Part shown: piece after piece, positions 1 through 12,420 of the stretch
How the letters are laid out: each line of letters begins with the position of its first letter
How positions within the stretch are numbered: position 1 is the stretch's first letter
From: Mytilus edulis
Lineage: Eukaryota
Length of the DNA stretch: 64,000 nt
Assembly: GCF_963676685.1 (NCBI RefSeq)
Contig: NC_092355.1
Span: 51,398,001 to 51,462,000 of the forward strand
Direction: 5' to 3'
Notes under the pieces: generated by a model
The model's input: the letters and a program-made list of their open reading frames with translations, nothing else
Databases searched by the model: none
Told to the model about the DNA's origin: nothing
Made by a program: the position numbers and the translations under genes

Positions 1-480
1 AAATAGGCAGGGTGTCAAAAGACTCTTTTATCAATGTCATTTAATAAGCAAACGGTATTGTTAATACACAAACAAAGTCTCACTCAGAGTGCCAACCCTT
101 GGCTTGTAATCGATTATAAAACGCACAATGAATGTTATTTAAAGCACGGTTCCCTATTTTGATGAATTAATAATTTTTTACAATCTTTGATCAGACATTG
201 AAAAATATTGATCTAGAAGAACTCTAGAAGATCAACTTGGATTCAGAATAATTTTGAATGATATAACCCATATCTTTGTGCCATGTTTTCCGTCCCTTCT
301 TATTTTCCAAAGCTCCTGTATATCCACACGATACAGAAAAATATAAAAGTACGCATTACATGCAGATGAAAGCCTTAAGCATGTTAAGTATGAGTCGCTG
401 TGCTATCTTGCCTTTTCCTGGTTTAATTGCACGAACACGAATTCTTGCTGATAAATGGCAACACTTCTATGTTTAATTAG

Positions 481-620
481 TAAATAAGCTCATCATAGAT
501 ACCAGAATTTAATTTTTGTATTTGCGCCAGACGCGCGTTTCGTCTACAAAGGACGCACCACTGACGCTCAAATCAAAAGAAGTTAAAAGGCCAAAAGAAT
601 GTACCAAGTTGAAGAGCATT
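481..620 (-). mobile_element. Retrozyme fragment with degenerate type I hammerhead ribozyme (525-566)
   Basis: Reverse complement reads GAGCGTCAGTGGTGCGTCCTTTGTAGACGAAACGCGCGTCTGGCG followed by the family 3' end CTGGTATCTATGATGAGCTTATTT; the CUGAUGA core is mutated. Confidence 0.8.
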
Positions 621-1175
621 GATTGAGACCTGTATGTCTCCAAAGGGTTGTAGAATTGTTTTGGAATTTATATTTTAGTTTGGTTGCTGTCTCTTTGAGT
701 AATTATTCATATATCGGCCTTTTATGTAGTACTAAAAATATTACTATAATAGTATACAATTAGACAATATCGTTTTCCTCAATTCTGATTAGTTCCTCGT
801 GGAATTATATTGTGTTTCTTGTGAGCAGGAACAATAAAAGCTAGACCCGAAAAAGTATCAGAGTTCTTAGTACTATATAATTATTGGTTTTTGGATGTTG
901 CTCAATTTTGTTTTTTTTTTAGTTCTGGTGCTTCTCTTTTCTCTTTAGGTTTTGGTTTTTAGCAATCGGCAATTCTCGGGTGACTCCGCTTCTCTCCATG
1001 AGGTACGGAAACTGCCGAGTTGTGACGATTAGGTTTTTGGAGTATAGGAAGATGCGTTATGAGTGCTAAGAGACAATTCAAGTCACAATTTATAAAAGTA
1101 AAACATTATAAGTCCATGTACGGTCTTCAACACGGAGCCTGGGCTTTGTCTGTTTTGTCTTTAGGTTTTAATGTA

Positions 1176-1957
1176 TCTATAATACTAAAATTACGAGGTC
1201 CAATTTGTCAGCCGTCATCACGTAAAAACGACGAATCAAAGAATTCAACTTTATATATAACTAATATACATGTAGTACAAAGGTGTAGATTAAAAATTAC
1301 ACCACTCCAGGCCCTTTTGTTTTCCACGTAATTAATATTGCCAATAATTAAGAAGTTCCGGGTCGAGTCCGATACCGATACCAATAGTATATTCACCTGT
1401 TACCGATTACCTTATCTGTACGTTCCGCATCTGACAGGCGCACCACCAAACGGTGTATTCAGGATTAATATGCTATATAGTATTACACGGGTCATAATCA
1501 CAGGGTTGACACTACTTACATGTAATTGTCAAATTGTTACCTATTGTAGTATTTTAATCAGTTAGACTTTCTAAGATAACAATACGAATATTAAAAATCT
1601 GGACTTAAATAAGGCGTACATGTATAGGTACAGTTTTCAATTTGTTAGCGGGCATGACGTAAAACAGCGAATCAAAGAATTCAATATTTATAACTAATAT
1701 AGGACATGTAGGACAATGCTGTTGATTAAAAAATACTCCATTCCAGGACCTTTTGTTTTCCAAATAATTAATATTATCAATAATTGATAAGTTCCAGTTC
1801 GACGGGTTCAAACAGAAAGATTTGAAAGCAGAGAAAACTGTGTATCTTAGAATCAGCATGACTTTATCAGATGACAATACTAATACTAAAATAAGACTTG
1901 TGCATAGTTATATACTTTAATTCAGTCACGGACCCGCGATATACGGGTGTGTTCTAG
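1176..1957 (+). mobile_element. Non-autonomous Helitron
   Basis: 5' A|TCTATAATACTAAAA; 3' hairpin ACCCG-cgatata-CGGGT followed by GTGTT-CTAG|T; inserted between A and T with no TSD; internal duplication ~1195-1360 / ~1633-1805; related copy at 29654. Confidence 0.8.
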
Positions 1958-2723
1958 TAACATGTATAATTGACCGATGTGTATATATTGACTCATGATA
2001 TCCGATACACTTCTTTTCTATAGAGGGATCGGGGAAGTACCTGACAATATTTTCATGATAAGAAAACTTCGTATTTTTAGAGAAGACGGATGACTTCTGT
2101 AATGATGGTACATTGTACATTTAAATATACCATTGTCGCTAAATCTAAATGAAAAATGACTTAGTCTAATTTCAAATCTGAAAAATGCATGTGAAAAAAT
2201 CCTTAGACAATTCTATAAAAGCAGGGTCATCTCTTGAACATAAATACAAACTTCCTGAAAATATCAAAGATTTGCAACCAACATGGATATGTTAAAACAA
2301 AAAGCAATACGTTTTTATCGACCTTAGACGTGCATGTATACCACATGTTTAAAGATAGCAATGATCGAAGCAATTTGCCGTCTGAGACTATCTGCCATTA
2401 ATTTGAATCACATGAGATGTAAAGGTAACGGTAATGAACTAGCAACCCAGCAGCACAAAAACACAATATGATAATTTTGTGTTCTCTCTCTTCTCGAAAA
2501 CAACAACAAGGTAACAAAGAGTTGATTGCTATGCGATGGTGTAAATCAATGGTCCGTACAGTCAACGAAATGCAACTTTTGACATTGCTGATCTCTATCC
2601 CACCATTGATAGGAGAATGCTACACTTCAAAATTGTTCGTTTTGAAAGAGGACATTTTGTATCCGAATGATAATATACTATTAACTTACACACAATTAAG
2701 AATGAGGAAATTTGTAACTGGAT

Positions 2724-3359
2724 GATAATAAAATTGAGAATGGAAATAGGGAATGTGCCAAAGAGACAACAACCCGACCATAGAAAAAAAAACAACAGCA
2801 GAAGGTCACCAACAGGTCTTCATTGTTATTTTAGCGAGAAATTCCCGCACCCGGAGGCGTCCTTCAGCTGGCCCCTAAACAAATATATGACTAGTTCAGT
2901 GATAATGAACGCCATACTAATTTCCAAATTGTCATGATTGTACACAAGAAACTAAAATTAAAATAATACAAGACTAACAAAGGCCAGAGGCTCCTGACTT
3001 GGGACAGGCGCAAAATGCGGCGGGGTTAAACATTTTTGTGATCTCAACCCTCCCCCTATACCTCTAGCCAATGTAGAAAAGTAAACGCATAATAATACGC
3101 ACATTAAAATTCAGTCCAAGAGAAGTCCGAGTCTGATGTCAGAAGATGTAACCAAAGAAAATAAACAAAATGACAATAATACATAAATAACAACAGACTA
3201 CTAGCAGTTAACTGACATGCCAGCTCCAGACTTCAATTAAACTGACTGAAAGATTATGATTTCATCATATGAACATCAGGCACAATCCTTCCCATTAGGG
3301 GTTTAGTATCATACCATCATAACATATATGAGAAGAACATAACCCGTGTCATGCCAACA
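2724..3359 (-). mobile_element. 5'-truncated 3'-UTR copy of Penelope-like family 1
   Basis: Near-identical reverse complement of ~31027-31642, which directly follows the RT C-terminal ORF at 30516-31004. Confidence 0.85.
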
Positions 3360-3781
3360 TGCCAATACACTCTTATTGTACACAAAATTAAGAAAGAGAT
3401 GTTTTGTCTCTGAATGACAGTATACTCTAAACGTACACCAAAGCAAATATGTACTTGAGGCTGCTTTCAACTCTTTGGTCGGGATACTTTCTCTTTTAAC
3501 ACATTCCCCGTTTCCTTTCTCTTTTCTATTTAAGATTGCTCATTAACTGCTCATCTTGTGTGTGCATCATGTGACATATATAAACTCAAACAAATAAACA
3601 TATTTATATATAAATTTATTTCGATGGAACAATAAATTGAGATCGAAGGAAATATCAAATAAAATGTCAAAATGGCCATTTATAAATTAAGGAACACAAC
3701 CTTCGGTGGTTTAAATCGTATGTTTTGATCCCGGTGACAATGAACTACGACGTCATGTAAGTTTAATGATCTTATACAGTG

Positions 3782-3787
3782 TTTATT
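3782..3787 (-). terminator. Candidate polyadenylation signal AATAAA of the GNAT gene
   Basis: TTTATT on the plus strand ~260 nt downstream of the stop codon; an alternative signal lies near 3616. Confidence 0.45.
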
Positions 3788-4047
3788 CAAACATGATCTG
3801 TTTTGCCGACCTCTGAGATATTAAAAGTTCGCTCACATATCAGTTCAATAGGCTACGGATAATACAGTCAGTACTAACAATTAAATGTTCAAATGTCTAA
3901 TTGTTACGTCATACAAATGTTGCATGTTTTTCGGTTTCACCGCATCGTCCGTTTTAACAATGCCATTTGTTTCACGCCAGATAATGTCTGAAGACTTTAG
4001 ATTTTTCAAACTTCGTGGGATGAAGTTCTCAAAAATGTTACTTTTCA

Positions 4048-4621
4048 TCAGCTTCCTTCAATAGGTTTCAAATACTTTATAAATATGATAGAACTCACTA
4101 TCTGTCCATTTTGTAATTTCCCGCCAACCGGTAGAATACCGACTTTCTGGAATCCCCCTATTTTTTCAATAATCCTCAACATGCCCTTGTTACTTGAAAA
4201 CGTATCGATGTACATCCCAAAATATCCCAGACAAGTTGCAAATTTGACAGCTGTACTCAGAGCAAATTCTCCCAAGTATTGTTTCCTTTCGGTTCGCTTG
4301 ACAATTACAAATGGGTCTGCCATAGCACCGTGTCCTCTATAAAATTTGCTAACTGCAATAATAAATCCAGCCAAAAGGAGTCCCGATTCTTTACATGTGA
4401 TTGCAAAGCAGTCACTGTCTTTGATTTCCATTCGGAACTCTTCTTTTGATTCGAATTCATCTATGCCATAGCCTTCGCCACATTGAGCTGCTTCTTGAAT
4501 CATGCAGTAGGTTTCGGATATTTGGGTTTCCGTCATGTAGTTAACAATTATTGACCGTCCATTTTTCAACTGTGCTACCATAGGAATTTGTGGAATTTTG
4601 CCATCAAATACATTTTTTATC
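4048..4621 (-). CDS. GNAT-family N-acetyltransferase, main coding exon (193 aa protein with exon 1)
   Basis: Stop-free ORF; polypyrimidine tract ending TTGCAG|G at 4621; GNAT motif A-like FVIVKRTERKQYLG and motif B-like DTFSSNKGMLRIIEKIGGFQKVG; layout resembles Mpr1/AZC-acetyltransferase-type GNATs. Confidence 0.85.
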
Positions 4622-5263
4622 CTGCAAGTATAAAAAAGAGAAAACATTAAGCATGTATTATTGACAAATAGTTTTTATCATCATGATCATGTAAATAATT
4701 ATCAGAATTAATATGCACGGTCAGATTCGTACATGTACACCTTCTTGGCTTGACTTGATTTGTATGCATAACCCTGTACCACCAAGTTTTATTTTTGTTG
4801 TAAACAATTATTGTTGATCAACAATTGTTATATAAAAATAAATATTAAATCAACACCGGATATTTTCAACCGCAACTATTTTTGCAGTCACACGTGTAGG
4901 CATCGAGAGTCAGAAAATGATAAAAGTGTGTGTTTTAATCGATTGAAATTGAAAATGTATTAATGCAGTATATATTACAAAAACAAAAAACTGACACGAG
5001 TTAATAGATATAAATAAAAAGGTGGTCAAACCCCAGACCTCCCCCCTTTTCTGAATCAGCCGCTACGCACTATGCATCTGAGCTATGCATATAGCATACA
5101 ATAATTAGACAAGAATAAACTTATAGAATAGTTAACAGAATACAACATGTACAAACATAAATAATGTAATGGTAAATAATAATCAATTTCTAAAAGAAAT
5201 TATAACCGTTTATTGCCACAAAAACATATGTAAATAATCATCAATAAAATACGAAATACTTAC

Positions 5264-5271
5264 AGTTCCAT
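5264..5271 (-). CDS. GNAT gene first coding exon (ATG GAA CT)
   Basis: ATGGAACT|GTAAGT consensus donor; CT + G from exon 2 gives CTG and keeps the frame (MELIKNVFDGK...). Confidence 0.75.
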
Positions 5272-5382
5272 TTCACAATAAGCCAAATCCAAGCAAGGCA
5301 TTTTCTCTACACAGATACAGTGATGTATCTTATTACAGCCGGCAAGTAAATGAATAAGACGACTGTCAGAAGGATCAAAACA

Positions 5383-5416
5383 CACTGGTAGCTTGATTAA
5401 AGCAAAGCTGTTTATA
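5383..5416 (-). promoter_or_regulatory. TATA box plus Inr-like core promoter of the GNAT gene
   Basis: TATAAA at 5416-5411 on the minus strand, exactly 30 nt upstream of the A (5386) in Inr-like CCAGTG; 115 nt before the ATG. Confidence 0.6.
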
Positions 5417-5984
5417 TTTCAACCGACCGCTGTTGATTGACGGAGATTACCGAGAAGTACCGGAATCTAAAATTAGAAGTCAAGGTCGTTAGCTCATGTG
5501 TAAACTATTGATTTTCAACAGTTCGCCGCACTATAGGTAAACAATAACATATAGTTAAAGGTACTAAAATGTGTTTGGTATGATAGGAGTACGCTGTCAA
5601 CAACCAATGTAACATGCTTTGTTTATAATATTTGTATGACTCATAAACAAATTTAGTATAGGTATAATAAGTCAATAACTCATACCGGAGTGGTGATATT
5701 CTTTAATCGGAAGTACTTTCACATATATGTTAATACTAAAATAAATTTTATAAATGGACACACATGTCATGTTTTGTTTGTGATTCATAACATTTTAGTA
5801 CTTATTTTGTTATATATCTATATATACGAAAAAGTTTTAAATCGGCCAGTACAATTGTCCTTAAAGTTTGACCATTTTACAAAAACAGGATATGAGCTAT
5901 ATCGGGGTATCATGCAGAATGGATTAACTGATTTGTGTTACTTGTTATTGTAACAAACATGCAGAAAATTGTATAATGGGGTGG

Positions 5985-7260
5985 AAAAGAGGGACGAAAG
6001 ATACCAAAGGGACAGTCAAACTCATAAATCTAAAACAAACTGACAACGCCATGGCTAAAAATAAAAAAGACAAACAGAAAAACAATAGCACACACGACAC
6101 AACATAGAAAACTAAAGAATAAACAACACGAACCCCACCAAAAACTAGGGGTGATCTCAGGTGCTCCGGAAGGGTAAGCAGATCCTGCTCCACATGTGGC
6201 ACCCGTCGTGTTGCTTATGTGATTACAAATCCGGTAAATAGTCTAATTCGGTAGGTCACATTCATGAAAGGGAAGGGGATTGTAGTTACGACGTAAGGAA
6301 CATATCCGATATCATTTGTGAAACGGTTATTCCAGAACGGTCAACCAACTCGTGATGGCGTCCGTAAAATTTACGAAGGGATGATTTCAACTTCACCATT
6401 TGGAACTCTTGGTTTAATAGCTTCCTTGTGAGCAGTAACCCTCTATCAAGAAAATCATGATAGGAAATGCAAGCACGGGAATATCGTATCAATTGGGAGA
6501 TATATACTCCGTATGCAGTTGCTGCTGGAATGTTGCTACTTAGAAATGGAAAGTTCACAATTGGAAAGCTGAAATCATCTCTTTTGTCGTAAAGTTTTGT
6601 TTTCAACCGACCCTCATTGTCAATTTCTAGATGTAAGTCAAGATATGAAGCCGACTTAACTGTATCTGTAGTATCCTTTATCTCCAATTCGATGGGATAG
6701 ATGCGTTCCACATAGTCACCAAATTTTGAATGGTTTAGTGAAAGAACGTCATCTATATAGCGGAAAGTAGAGTTAAAGGATATTGCTAACTTCTTATCTT
6801 TCTTCCTAAGAAGTTCCTGCATGAAGTCAGCCTCATAATAATAAAGAAACAAGTCGGCAAGTAGAGGGGCACAGTTTGTTCCCATTGGGATGCCGACAGT
6901 CTGTTGAAAAACACGTCCTCCGAACGTTACAAATATGTTGTCAATCAAGAAATCAAGCATCTTGATAATATCGGTTTCAGAGAATTTTTTGTTTGAATCA
7001 GAGTGATTCTTTACAAAGTATGATTTATCCCTCCCTAAGACAAGATACTTGTATCTACGTTGGCCATTCTTTTTTATGAAGCAAAGTAATACCAACTCTT
7101 TCAATTTGTCTTTTAGTTTGGAATGTGGAATACTTGTGTACAGAGTAGAAAAGTCAAATGTTTTAATACTGTTACAAGATGAAAGAGAGTTAGATTGTAT
7201 GTACTCTAAAAGATCTTTGGAATTTTTAAGTATCCACATCTGATTCACGCCACCTCTAGA
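5985..7260 (-). mobile_element. Penelope-like retroelement (Naiad-type), family 2, 5'-truncated; RT ORF 6286-7260 plus ~300 nt 3' UTR
   Basis: Uninterrupted RT with motifs TFDFSTLYT, GIPMGTNCAPLLADLFL, FRYIDD, LYDKRDDFSFPIVNFPFL; ORF ends after the thumb with no C-terminal endonuclease; 3'-UTR fragments recur at ~28565-28750, ~28890-28985 and ~49265-49410. Confidence 0.85.
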
Positions 7261-7637
7261 ACTTAGTCATGTTATAAATGCTAAAAAAAAACCACACACA
7301 CAAAAAAAACCAAAAAGCCAAAGAAAAAAAAGAATCATGATAGTTCATCAATTAAATACGGAAAACTTGTACAATACAAAACTTTTTACCGAATTTGTAC
7401 AAACAAAAATGAACTATTTGTTACTGAACGTGACATGTTCATGCATCAATCAATCAATAAACTTGAAGTATTAATTGATTATAAATCGGTAAAAGTAGAA
7501 AACATAAATTATTTATAATATTTTATACTCAAAAGTAAATTTACGATGAAATAAATCCCAATTTGAATTAAATTTGTAATGTTCATACATGTATTTGATC
7601 GTCTTCGTTCGCATAATACAATTTATTACTGTCATAC

Positions 7638-8031
7638 CATAGATGTAATACCCATGTTAAAATCAATCGGGTCCAGGACCAATCCAGTATATCTTATCAT
7701 AATCCTTCGTTTTTAATTCAATTTTCTATGTGCATACATTTAGAGTAATTAAGAGTTGGTAAACTCAGTGGTTGATTCTATGATTGTATGATAAATATCT
7801 CCGGTTATGGAATACATTCTTCTGCATTTATTTCCATATTTTTCTAGAAATTTACAATTGCATGTTTGTAGTATAATTCTTGTGTGTGTACTAAAAAAGG
7901 GTGTTTCGATTATGGTCATGTAGACCTAGGCTTATCCTGATCAGGTATCCCTAGCCTATATGTTTCCTCCTTTGTAATATGTAGAATACTAGTAGATCTA
8001 ATTCAATTTTCTTATGGGTATTACATCTATG
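7638..8031. mobile_element. MITE with 18-bp TIRs and 7-bp TSD (P-element-like)
   Basis: TIR CATAGATGTAATACCCAT ... ATGGGTATTACATCTATG, flanked by direct repeat GTCATAC. Confidence 0.85.
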
Positions 8032-8196
8032 GTCATACATATCTTTTTGAGTTAAACGTATTTAACCAACTTTTGTCTTTATCGTAAATGAACATGAGTT
8101 AATAGCGCTGTTTGTTTCTAACTCTCACCATTGCTTATTGAATAATTTCAGAATCATAATTATGCATGTCTCCGGAAATGATTTTCAAGCAAGTAA

Positions 8197-8272
8197 AGCA
8201 GTCTCGAACGTTAATGCAGTGACGTTGTATTATAGCAGTCTCGAACGTTAATGCAGTGACGTTGTATAGCAG
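8197..8272. repeat. 37-bp tandem duplication
   Basis: AGCAGTCTCGAACGTTAATGCAGTGACGTTGTAT present twice. Confidence 0.9.
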
Positions 8273-10374
8273 AACATGCTTATTGCATAATTTGTTTGTC
8301 AACAAGTATTAATTTTAGACCGCCTAGCTATTTTTATCCTGTTCTATATATTCATTGCTACTCTTTTCATTCATTCTGGATCCTACGATGTAATAGATAA
8401 TAATACTACCATCAACAATGGGGACAATGATAGTAAACCAATTATGACGTCAGAATCGTATTACGAGTCTTAATTGAGCGTGATAATAACATGATACTTC
8501 TAATTGAAAGCTGCTATTCCCAATATTAGTTAATTGCATTGTAGTTTATCTGAGTTATTCTTGATGCAGGAAGATTACAGAATGTTCAAAATGTATCATT
8601 CGTTCGGTAGTTGGTGTTTTTGTACTGACATGACTAACATGCATAATAAATACAGAAAAAGTAAATTAACAAAAACACCGAACTGAAACGAATATTCAAA
8701 TCGGAAAGTCCTTTAACAAATGGTAATATCAAAAGCTCAAGCACATTAAATGTATGGAAAACAACTGTCACATTCCTGACTTCGTACAGGCATTTTCTTG
8801 GAGAAAAATGGTGGATTAATTAGATATAGGAAGATGTGGTATGAGTGCCAATGGGGCAACTCTCCATGCATCCAAATAAAAATCTATAAACGTAAACCAT
8901 TATAGGTCATGAAGCACCTAAAGTTTTTAGTATCTATGCATTTTTAGCTTTTGAATGTTTAAGTATGAGCGTTCCTAAGGAGAATGAATTCAGAAAAAGC
9001 ACTTTCGACTAACGAAAATTTTAATGTAATGTGTACTTTTCATACGAATCAGATATAGTCAGCATTCACAACAGTCGGCAAGTCTTAAAAGAGGCACAGC
9101 AAATGGTCAATATCTGAAAAAGTGTTAAAATTTGTGCAATGCGCAAATCATTTATAGATGTTAATATGATATTTACGCCAAATTTAGCAAACATGGTTTT
9201 GTCCTATTCTTGTCGCGATGAATCGTTTCTTGTATGACGAAATTTAAAAGCATACATCTTGTTGGATTAAGATTTCAATAAACTAGATATGAAACTTTTA
9301 AAACAAGACAAATAAAGAAGTGTACTAGGATCTATGGAAAAAAAACTGCCTATGCCTACATGAGATGCAGATTCATGATATTGAAGGAAAAATGATGAGG
9401 GGGGGGGGGGGGGAACTATGCAGCGTTTGGAGATGGACATGTCAAAATTTTACAGCCATATATGAACCTTTTAAAGAATGGAAGGACCCCCTGCTCCCTA
9501 AATTCATCTTTATACAATATATACGATCAAATAAATGCAGTCGTAAGATAAACAATTAGTTACCCTAAAGAACCAGGACTATTTCATTCATATATAGTAA
9601 CTTAATTGTTAGCTTATAGAGTTACATTGCTTTGTGACAATTTATCGAAAGCTAAACACCGAGACCATACATGTATGTGTTCCATAAAAAGATGAAAAGC
9701 TTAGCTATTTTATACTTCGTCAGCCAATTTTATTGCAAGCTTTCATAAAGATAAAACCATTTGTTTGTGTAAATTTTAATTGTTTAATTTTGTTCGTTTA
9801 GTTGTACTATTGACATTAATGTTTAAAGTGAAGTGGCTTATCGGCCGAACATGCCGGGTGTGAATGTATTAGAAAATATTGATAATGTATTATAACCTAT
9901 TTGTTAAAACACAGGTCACTATAACAAATATGTTATTCGTTAGTTAATCTAGAGATATTACAACAATATTTATTTTATTAAAGTGCTTATCGATATCTTG
10001 AACTCTAAAAGGAAATTTGAAATATAACGTCATTGATTGTACTAGCTACCTTAGAAAAGTTGAAATATGAGCAAATACTATGCTGTCAGGTGACAAGAGC
10101 AATTATTGATTTCATTTTGTATTATTTCTTTCGGATATACAAATAAATAGCACATTTAACATGGGTAGCTACATTACAATATATTGGTAATGAAATTTAA
10201 TTCCACTTTTATTCACCCGATCGATATTTGTGACGTCAATATTGAGTTTGGAAAATATCAAAACAACGCCTTTTCAATTTTGAAGGACGACCAGTAGTTT
10301 AGAAGATACAACTTTTAAACAAACACTTGAAGTCGCGTGTAATCTTCTCGTTGAAGGACAAGTTAATAAGTTTG

Positions 10375-10423
10375 TAAAGCCATTGAAGTATTAGCGATAA
10401 AGCCATTGAAGTATTAGCGATAA
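10375..10423. repeat. 23-bp tandem duplication
   Basis: TAAAGCCATTGAAGTATTAGCGA present twice. Confidence 0.9.
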
Positions 10424-12194
10424 TGTAGATTGACCATTTAAGGAAACGATTTCTAAAGATTTTTGTTTACTCTATTGATCTGTTTATTCGGCGGTTACTT
10501 TCTTCTTAAAACGCAGAATTAAAAAATAAATAAAAAACAACTACAAAACGAACATACATCTTTGTACCTAGATAACCAACCTCAAGAGCAAACACAAAAA
10601 AGACAGTTGCTGGACTTCTCAACACAAACACTTTTATAATTATTATGGTAAATCTTTCAAAATTTAAGTTTGTTTTGATTATAAGCCACCAACTTAATCA
10701 CATATTTATGAATAACCTCATACTGATGCTAGAACCACAGCACACACGTATGAAGATATGATACTATCCACTGTTGTAAAGATTGAAACTCATTCTGAAA
10801 ATGCAGGGGAGATTGATTCTCACTTTTTATCAGGCTACAAATCAACTTTATTATAAAAACAAAGATTCGGAATATACTATATGTAAAATCGGAACTCAAA
10901 TGTCAGACCAAAAATAATGACAAAAAATTATCAAATTTGGCGGGAAGACAAACAACAATCTACAAAATACTACATACCATATATAGATAACTGAAAATGT
11001 AGCAACACAAACAGCCCCCAAATCCTGGGTTTGATATCAATAAGTTGATAAATTATAAAATATACCACAATCCTTAAAACAAGATTGCTGTCTTCCGTAA
11101 GGTTTTCGTTGTTGCGATTACCATATACATGTATAAGACCAAGAGAGGTAAGTACAACATGTATAATATAAAAAAATAGAGAATGGAAATGGGGAATGTG
11201 TCAAAGAGACAACAACCCGATCAAAGAGTTAAAACAGCAGAAGGACTACAATGTGTGTCTTCAACACAGCGAGAGGCGGACTTAGATTTTCAGTTCTTGT
11301 CTTTGTCAATTATATATTAGAAGTCGTGCTGACCCTATTTAAAGTACAATAATAAAATTTGGTTACTTTGTTTGTTATTGAAGTGATCATATTAACCTGA
11401 AAAAATGTACTTCTCAAGAAATCAGTCACGAACAATTTATTTACAAGTGCTTAATAATTTCTTATCTGAAAAGAATCTTTGGCATCATCAATTGTCTGTA
11501 CAAAGCAAACATGAAATGACCTCTGTGGGCAGCGGTCAATACATAATGACGTCAGAAACATGATTCATGTATTAACTAGATTAATTAGCAATATAAAAAT
11601 ATATCAGTCGACAAATGAAGTGTGTTTGAATCTTCCGAAGCCAAACCTTTAACATCTATAACAGTGTCACACAGGGAAAAAATGTTTAAAGAATAATTTA
11701 TAATTTTTTCAACGACACCGATCAAAGATAAAATAAAGGAACAAGATGAAATGAAATTGTGTCGACAGATATTATATGACCTTCATCAGTGTCAGTCCAT
11801 TTATGCATGTTCTTTGTGTTTTTAAAGCCCACTTCAGATAATCTTGTTCTTTATCTAATTTCTCTTTCAATTTTGACAAATCTCGCTTATTTGTTTTGCG
11901 CGACTTTGCTGTGTGAAAACTGCGCAAAAAATATTTTCGCTTTGTACACGTTATAACCTGTTATATTTTTTTTTGTATTTGTTTGGAAGAAAATATAATG
12001 TCCATTATTTTGTTTTGTGCACGATTACTTCTATGAGATATCAACTGTCCGGAAAATAAAAAATATTCCTACCACCCCTTGCCATAGTGCCCTTAAAAAT
12101 TTGTTCCAGAAAAATGTATTGTAATTGTACATGCATATTGATTTGTTTTACAAACTTCAATCTGCTGTCTCAGTTTTTTTTAAGTTCTTTTTTT

Positions 12195-12420
12195 TCGATT
12201 GATTGATTGATTGTAGGTTGCTTAACGTCTAGTGGCAAATATTTCATGCATATTCAGGAGGAGAACAAGTTCACAATTAATACAATATGTAGGTCTTGCC
12301 ATAATAGAGGCCATAAGGAATGATGGTCGGGGAAATTTCGACTGCCACTGGAAAATGAGGGAATATTGGATAGGGACAGAAATTTGGCCTTACAACAGGC
12401 CACCTACGGGCCCTCAAAGA
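12195..12420 (-). mobile_element. SINE-like retroposon 3' portion with (CAAT)n tail
   Basis: GATTGATTGATT...GGTTGCTTAACGTCTAGTGGCAAATATTTCATG; shorter related pieces at ~19376-19425, ~35870 and ~38383-38440. Confidence 0.5.

Noticed and set aside
2595-2937. Recurrent small ORFs (also 17987-18644, 21711-21947, 5945-6202)
   Set aside because: They recur only because they lie in PLE 3'-UTR repeat copies
4622-4647. ORF-track N-terminus MFSLFYTC of the GNAT protein
   Set aside because: It is the intron polypyrimidine tract and acceptor; a phase-compatible upstream exon with a consensus donor exists
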